Source of the DNA: Candidatus Poribacteria bacterium
Lineage (GTDB): Bacteria > Poribacteria > WGA-4E > PCPOR2b
Reading direction: 5' to 3'
NCBI GenBank assembly: GCA_965116925.1
Contig: OZ220744.1
Coordinates: 1,056,001-1,120,000, forward strand
DNA: 64,000 nt
Shown: piece after piece, positions 58,549 to 64,000 of the stretch
Layout of the letters: each line of letters opens with the position of its first letter
Numbering within the stretch: position 1 is the stretch's first letter
Position numbers and translations under genes: made by a program
Notes under the pieces: generated by a model
Seen by the model: only the letters and a program-made list of their open reading frames with translations
The model's database searches: none
Told to the model about the DNA's origin: nothing

Positions 58549-59427
58549 TTAGGCTTGACGGATGAACTTCTGCATCCGCGCGTTTTCACCCAACATCACT
58601 TCGCCCATGTAGAGATCACCGTGCGAATCCATCCAGAGACCGTGTGCTCCGCCGAGAAACTCGCCCGGCACTTCGCTCGATTCTGCGCCACCCCATCGAG
58701 TGATTAATTCGCCCTCTAACGTGTAGATAAGGAACTCATGGTCCAATCCAGCGACATAGACCACATCATCGTTGGGATCGAAGTAGATTGTGTTAGGCTC
58801 TGGTACATCGGTCCATTCGGTTAGATAATTTCCATCAGTATCAAAAATCTGGAGACGGTTGTTTGAACGGTCGCAGATCCAGACGCGATCATTCCTGTCT
58901 ATACGGACGCAGTGGGATAAAGCGAACTGACCAGGTCCAGTGCCACGCTCGCCCCACGACAGCAGTAATTCTCCATCGGGAGAATACTTGTGGACACGCG
59001 CGTTGCCGTAGCCGTCAGAGATGAACAACTCGCCGGTGGAGGCGATCGCCAGATCGGTCGGGGAATTGAACGGATCACCGTCCGCAGGGGCAGCCTCGCC
59101 CGGTGTGCCCAACGTCATCGTTAGTTCGCCATTTCGGTTGAATTTGAAGACACAGTGGTTACTATTGTCGATCAAATACACATTGTCCTCGTCGTCAATG
59201 TAGATGCCGTGTGCCGCTTCGGGTGGAAGAATACCGCTGCCCCACGTCTCCAAAAAATTGCCGTCGCGATCGAAAACCGCCAGTGGGTTTTCACTCCGTG
59301 AGTAAACAAAAACCCGATCCTGCGAATCGGTTGCTACCGCCGGAATCCAACCCCACTTCCAACCGTCCGGCGTTTTGTCCCAATTTTCTGCGACTGTGTA
59401 TCTATATTTACCTGTACCAAAGATCAT
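58549..59427 (-). CDS. NHL-repeat protein (peptidyl-alpha-hydroxyglycine lyase-like)
   Basis: AHGI..D, FN.PTD, SDGYGNARV, WG..G..PGQF, DR.N.R.Q.F. Confidence 0.85.
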   Translation of the reverse strand: MIFGTGKYRYTVAENWDKTPDGWKWGWIPAVATDSQDRVFVYSRSENPLAVFDRDGNFLETWGSGILPPEAAHGIYIDDEDNVYLIDNSNHCVFKFNRNGELTMTLGTPGEAAPADGDPFNSPTDLAIASTGELFISDGYGNARVHKYSPDGELLLSWGERGTGPGQFALSHCVRIDRNDRVWICDRSNNRLQIFDTDGNYLTEWTDVPEPNTIYFDPNDDVVYVAGLDHEFLIYTLEGELITRWGGAESSEVPGEFLGGAHGLWMDSHGDLYMGEVMLGENARMQKFIRQA

Positions 59428-59663
59428 GTTTTATACCTCCAGATACTTTTTTATACATCGTGTAAGGACACTGGAAATCTTAAATGCGAGTGTAGAAGAT
59501 ACAAGAAAACGATTTTTGTGTCAAGCCAAAATTAGACGTGGAAACATTTGGGAAAGCGGTAAACTGACGCCATTGAGAGATGCATAGTCCGAGATTTCTA
59601 TTGACGAGGACGGGAAAAATGGGTAAAATGCCTCTCGCATCTTTCCAGAATAGGGACGAGGAT

Positions 59664-60707
59664 ATGGAAGGCACTATTGAACTAGTCAGACGCGATGTGC
59701 TGCTATCAAATCTAGGATTGTACGGTATCCCAGACGAGCAGCTACATTTTCCCTTTCTATATGAGTCCGATAACGGGAATTGGTACATGACCTACCGGGA
59801 AGGACCACACTTGGAGTCAAGTTTCGGTCCCGGGAATCGTGTCCAGTGTGTCCAATCGAGAGATAGGGGGCGCACATGGCTTCCGTGGATGGGAATGTAC
59901 GTGGAGCCTTTGCTGCGTCAGTTTTTCGTTACGCGCCTCAAGGATGGAGGGCTTATCAGTTATCGCTGCCGGATGGCAAAACTCCATCAATCATCTAGCA
60001 GCACGCTCGAAGGGACGACGATTATTCTGCGTTCGCAGGACGAAGGAGCGACCTGGACCCGAAGTTACGCGCCGGTCAGTAACCTGCCTTTCAGCTTGGG
60101 CAGTCAGCTAATCTCACTTTGGGGACACGCCGTCGAAATGCCCGATGGACGGCTGCTGTGGGCGGTCTATAGTCGTGAGGGAAATACGATCTCTGGAATC
60201 GTCCAGTCTACCGATGGCGGGGGCAGCTTTGAGTGGCTTGCAGATGTGTGTGCGGAGGACACTGTTGGGGAACGGCGGGAGCCGGGGTTGGTGCGCCTGC
60301 CCTCCGGGGAACTCCTCGCCTTGATCCGGTGTGGAACACAACCAGCCCGACCAATGGTGGAGGTTCGTTCTGCGGATGGTGGGGTGACTTGGAGTTCCCC
60401 GCGTAGGCTTGCTCGTCCCGGCGTGTGTCCTCAAGTGCTACTGCTGAAGAACGGCGTCTTGGTGTGCAGCTACGGCACGCGGAGATATGTGCACGTCATG
60501 GCAAGTTGGGATGGGACAGGGCACGGATGGTCAGAACCCTTGGTGCTCTACGAAGGTCAAACTTCAGGTTACAGCAACCTCCAAGCGTTAGCCGATGACC
60601 GTTTCCGAATCATCTATCAGGAAGGGACGTTTGACGCCTATCAGGCGGGTGGCAATCGGATTATACGCTCCGAGATTCAGGTTGTGCCACAACGCTCTTC
60701 GTCATGA
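59664..60707 (+). CDS. BNR/Asp-box (sialidase-like) protein
   Basis: SRDRGRTW, SQDEGATW, SADGGVTW, EP, GYS. Confidence 0.78.
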   Translation: MEGTIELVRRDVLLSNLGLYGIPDEQLHFPFLYESDNGNWYMTYREGPHLESSFGPGNRVQCVQSRDRGRTWLPWMGMYVEPLLRQFFVTRLKDGGLISYRCRMAKLHQSSSSTLEGTTIILRSQDEGATWTRSYAPVSNLPFSLGSQLISLWGHAVEMPDGRLLWAVYSREGNTISGIVQSTDGGGSFEWLADVCAEDTVGERREPGLVRLPSGELLALIRCGTQPARPMVEVRSADGGVTWSSPRRLARPGVCPQVLLLKNGVLVCSYGTRRYVHVMASWDGTGHGWSEPLVLYEGQTSGYSNLQALADDRFRIIYQEGTFDAYQAGGNRIIRSEIQVVPQRSSS

Positions 60708-61562
60708 GACTGTGGGACCGTCGCCCGCTAAGGTTGTGCGGTGTAGAACGCGCTTGTACTTTCCACGATCCCAAGACCGTCCCCGGTGTAGGCAGCAACG
60801 GTTATCATATACAACAAGGTCGTTCACCCGCCATGCGTGACGGTACACAAACTGCGGTTGTGTCGACCATTCGAGCAGCTCCTTCAACAGGGGTTTACCC
60901 TTCTCGATTGGCAAGCCGTGAATATGCGTTGTGTATGAGCCGACCAAGAGTGCCTTCTTCCCGGTTTCGGGGATGACCCGCACCAAGCGTTGATTGACCG
61001 GAGGGGTGTCTTTCTGAAACGCGTCGTCCATCAGGTTCGGAGCGATCTGCGCCCGCGAGTGTGCGATGCTATGTTCGGCAATCAGTTCCTCTATATCCGC
61101 CTTCTTCTGTTCGGGTAGTGCTTCGTAGGCAGCGATCAGGCTGGCAAATTCGGTTTCACCACCTTCCGGTGGTATGACCTTGGCAGAGAGTAGTGAGCCG
61201 CGTAAGGGCACACGTTTGAACGAGCCATCAGAATGCCAGAGTGTGTTAGCGACGGTATATAACGTCCGTGGGTCCTCCGGCGGAATGATGTCGCCGTTCT
61301 CGTCGAGATTGGAAATGATACCGATTGGTCCACCGTCACCGATGGGGTCATTTGGCATCGTCATTTCGAGAGGACCAAACCCTTCACTGAACGTGACATG
61401 CTGTTCGTCGGTGATGTCCTGGTCATGGAACACGAGCACCGCGTATTCGCAAAGCGCATGGCGAAGTTGTTCAAATATTTCGGCATCAATGGGCGAAGTG
61501 ATGTCAACGCCTTGAACTTCCGCTCCGATATGTTTTTCCAGTTTCCTAATTGTGAGTGTCAT
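60702..61562 (-). CDS. TauD/TfdA family 2-oxoglutarate dioxygenase
   Basis: IGAEV.GVD, WHSDGSF, GGETEF, YRHAW..D...YDNR..LHRG, R.T. Confidence 0.92.
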   Translation of the reverse strand: MTLTIRKLEKHIGAEVQGVDITSPIDAEIFEQLRHALCEYAVLVFHDQDITDEQHVTFSEGFGPLEMTMPNDPIGDGGPIGIISNLDENGDIIPPEDPRTLYTVANTLWHSDGSFKRVPLRGSLLSAKVIPPEGGETEFASLIAAYEALPEQKKADIEELIAEHSIAHSRAQIAPNLMDDAFQKDTPPVNQRLVRVIPETGKKALLVGSYTTHIHGLPIEKGKPLLKELLEWSTQPQFVYRHAWRVNDLVVYDNRCCLHRGRSWDRGKYKRVLHRTTLAGDGPTVS

Positions 61563-61590
61563 TGTGTTTCCTTGTTAAAAGAGAAAATCT

Positions 61591-61738
61591 AACCACAGAG
61601 ACACGGAGAAGGTAGAGCCGACAAGAAAACGAGAAGGCCAGAAGACGGGAAGGCGGGCAAAAGACTTTAATCGCTTTTGTCTCGTTTTCGCGTTCTCTCG
61701 TTTTCCCGTTTTCATTTTTTCTCTGTGACTCTGCGGTG
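61591..61738. repeat. About 148-bp imperfect inverted repeat built from octamer arrays
   Basis: ACCACAGAGACACGGAGAA...TTCTCTGTGACTCTGCGGT enclosing GAAAACGA-like and inverted CGTTTTC arrays. Confidence 0.72.
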
Positions 61739-61769
61739 AACAGTACAACATATAGAAGGAGAAGATATT

Positions 61770-62681
61770 ATGCGTCGCTTTAATCGAACTCCCTGTTTCA
61801 CGGGACCCGATGATCCCGAAATTGGACAGGTACGAGGTGTCCTTGAACTCGGTGAAACCGTTATCATCGAGACTATCGGTGGAGCGGACAACGACTATGA
61901 AGCTGCCGGCGAGACCAAGGCGGGGATGATAACCTCCGGTCAAAGCCATCAGCGCAATTCCCGTCCCGGTGGTCCCTTCGAGATTCAGGGCATTGAGCCC
62001 GACGACTGGGTATCCATCGAAATCATTGACATTGAGGTGGGACCTTACGGCTTCTACCGCAATGGCGGTCCCAACTGGGGCAACTGGCGCTGTGTAGCAC
62101 CGGTGCGCGACGGACTCATCCACTTTCCGCCCGACTTCGTTGTGCCGGTCAGACCAATGATCGGGGTCGTTCAGCTTGCATCGTGGGCTCCCAGTGGGCT
62201 AGATCATGGCGGCAATATGGATTTCAACGCTGTCCAGCCCGGCAGCACGATCCATATTCGGGCCCAGAAACCCGGCGGTTTCCTCCATCTTGGTGATGTC
62301 CATGCCCGTATGGGGGATGGAGAATTGACCGGTGCTGGCGTCGAAATCGACTCTGCCGTCACCCTCAAGGTGAATCGCTCACCCGGATTTCCCAACAGCA
62401 GTCCCGTCGTGGAAACCACCCGTGTGGTGGAAAGTGCCGAAGAGTATCTCACGAGTGCCATAGGAGACAGCTGGGGCGAGGTGCTCAGATCTGCTTGGAC
62501 CGAAATGGTGGCGTTGATTGTTGATCGCTACGACACCAGTGTGGAATACGCCAATATGATTGTCGGCACGATAGCGGATGCGCGTCCCGGATTCGCTACG
62601 GAATATATGGGGGGCTACCTAACCTGCCAGTTAGCGGTCACCAAAGAATTGCGCCGCACAGGAAAACCGTATGAGCCATAG
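61770..62681 (+). CDS. Acetamidase/formamidase family protein
   Basis: GP..I.G.EP.D, PMIG, HGGNMD, GDVHA.MGDGE. Confidence 0.88.
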   Translation: MRRFNRTPCFTGPDDPEIGQVRGVLELGETVIIETIGGADNDYEAAGETKAGMITSGQSHQRNSRPGGPFEIQGIEPDDWVSIEIIDIEVGPYGFYRNGGPNWGNWRCVAPVRDGLIHFPPDFVVPVRPMIGVVQLASWAPSGLDHGGNMDFNAVQPGSTIHIRAQKPGGFLHLGDVHARMGDGELTGAGVEIDSAVTLKVNRSPGFPNSSPVVETTRVVESAEEYLTSAIGDSWGEVLRSAWTEMVALIVDRYDTSVEYANMIVGTIADARPGFATEYMGGYLTCQLAVTKELRRTGKPYEP

Positions 62682-62709
62682 ATGCTAGTTTCAGCCCGTT
62701 GAACTGATG

Positions 62710-63708
62710 CTACATCCCTAATGCTTCGGCTTGCCTACAAGCAGATTGGATGAGCTTTCGTACTCTATCCCCCTTATTGTGCTCAGGTCGTTCGTGGAGC
62801 CAACCCAGCAATGCTAGCGACCGAATTAACAGAAACATGGGCAGTAGCTCAATAGCCTCGTCAGAGAGAGAGCGTTCTGAGCGGTAGCCTGCAATGAGTG
62901 CATCGCGGGCTACCTCAAAATGGGGCGGTTTCCGGTAAGCGTCGAGTGCGACAGCAATCTCGTACTGGTGCCAGCCGAAACCAGAGTCGTCGAAGTCTAT
63001 TACTTGCAGCCGGTCCCCGTTGACGAGTAGATTATGCGGGTGCAAGTCCGCATGAATTAAGCTATAGGTGCCTTCCGATTTACCGTAGTCAGACAAGGTG
63101 CGATAGATAACATGACGGGCATTGAGAATATGCTCTCGTTCTGCTGCTTTCAGTTCTGGTAGAACCCAAAAGGGACCCCAGAAGGGCGTATCTCCCATCA
63201 ATCCGTTTGCATCGAATGCGTGTCGTTGGAAGTCTTTCGGGATTTGCCAGCTGACTGCCTGATTGTGGATTCTCGCTGCAATGCGGCCGAGTTGATCAAA
63301 ATGCAAGGCGAGAGCCTTCATATCAGCTGTTTGCGCTATAATACTCGAAAGCGTTACTCCCTCAAACCATTCGACAATTCCGACGTGTCGGGTCTCCGTC
63401 GATCCCGGCACAGGTACTGTTGCGTAGCCGTGTCCCTCACGCGTCAACCGTGGTAACGGTACACCGATGCCTGCCCGTTCCAGCGCAGCTGTCCACTGTT
63501 GCTCCGAATTCAGTTCTGCGAGATTGTGATAGCCCGGTCGGTGGATGCGAAGGGCATAGATTTCGCCCACATCTGTATCAATACGAAACACAGTGTTTTC
63601 AGAGATGGAGATCAGCTCTAGCTGCGCGGCGCACATATCCCATTCATCCAACGCTCGCTCGGCGATTGCACGCAGCGTGGCACGGTCAAGGGGCTGTGCC
63701 ATAGACAT
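62710..63708 (-). CDS. APH-family phosphotransferase (homoserine kinase II/hydroxylysine-kinase-like)
   Basis: SENTVF, LRIHR, LIHADLH..N, IDFDD. Confidence 0.88.
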   Translation of the reverse strand: MSMAQPLDRATLRAIAERALDEWDMCAAQLELISISENTVFRIDTDVGEIYALRIHRPGYHNLAELNSEQQWTAALERAGIGVPLPRLTREGHGYATVPVPGSTETRHVGIVEWFEGVTLSSIIAQTADMKALALHFDQLGRIAARIHNQAVSWQIPKDFQRHAFDANGLMGDTPFWGPFWVLPELKAAEREHILNARHVIYRTLSDYGKSEGTYSLIHADLHPHNLLVNGDRLQVIDFDDSGFGWHQYEIAVALDAYRKPPHFEVARDALIAGYRSERSLSDEAIELLPMFLLIRSLALLGWLHERPEHNKGDRVRKLIQSACRQAEALGM

Positions 63709-64000
63709 CCTCCACAATCTCTGCAAACGCGGTGAGGAACAGATCTGCATGTTCACGAGAAAACACCAGCGGCGGACGAATCTTGAGGACATTGCCTAGC
63801 GATCCAGCACTCCCGATGAGAAAACCTTTATCCTTCAGGCGATTGACGAATACCGTAGCACCGTCGCGATCAGGGGTTTTGGTATCGTGGTCGCTTATCC
63901 ACTCCAACCCGATGAACAGACCGTGCCCGCGTACCTCCGCCATGGGTGGACAGTGCGGTTGGAGCTTAGTCAGTTCCTTGTGCAGGTAGTCACCGACGGC
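63686..64000 (-). CDS. Class III PLP aminotransferase/phospho-lyase, C-terminal part (runs off the window)
   Basis: EVRGHGLFIGLE, NVLKIRPPLVF. Confidence 0.85.
   Translation of the reverse strand, partial: AVGDYLHKELTKLQPHCPPMAEVRGHGLFIGLEWISDHDTKTPDRDGATVFVNRLKDKGFLIGSAGSLGNVLKIRPPLVFSREHADLFLTAFAEIVEDVYGTAP

Noticed and set aside
61575..62123. 182-aa minus-strand ORF and the many other short antisense or nested ORFs
   Set aside because: Shadow frames of well-supported genes or repeats, with no recognisable motifs

Overview
Bacterial chromosomal segment of roughly 50% GC (visual estimate). Its gene repertoire resembles sponge-associated Ca. Poribacteria (inference only): 10 PhyH-family Fe(II)/2-oxoglutarate dioxygenases, 3 BNR/sialidase-like proteins, enolase-superfamily enzymes, amidohydrolases and the futalosine menaquinone genes mqnA/mqnE. 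Core genes include holA, purH and a partial dcw cluster (murD-ftsW-murG-murC-[insert]-ftsQ-ftsA-ftsZ). Accessory DNA includes a type II R-M system whose endonuclease is frameshifted in an A8 tract, a PAS kinase/NtrC pair, a mobile-element graveyard at about 48.1-49.3 kb, nested MITEs and several GTAG-type REP hairpins. The most unusual observations: (1) three tandem small TM/coiled-coil paralogs, the last in frame through a single TAG with a start-less cold-shock domain; (2) a ribbon-helix-helix gene plus a possible TnpB remnant inside the dcw cluster; (3) two PhyH-fold enzymes lacking the Fe-binding carboxylate (HxG and HxN, halogenase-like); (4) a structured ftsZ leader with a 4-codon uORF; (5) MITE shells carrying different repeat cargo; (6) a CX5CX2C motif in MqnE. 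I saw no rRNA, tRNA or CRISPR array. All family calls come from motif recognition, not database searches.
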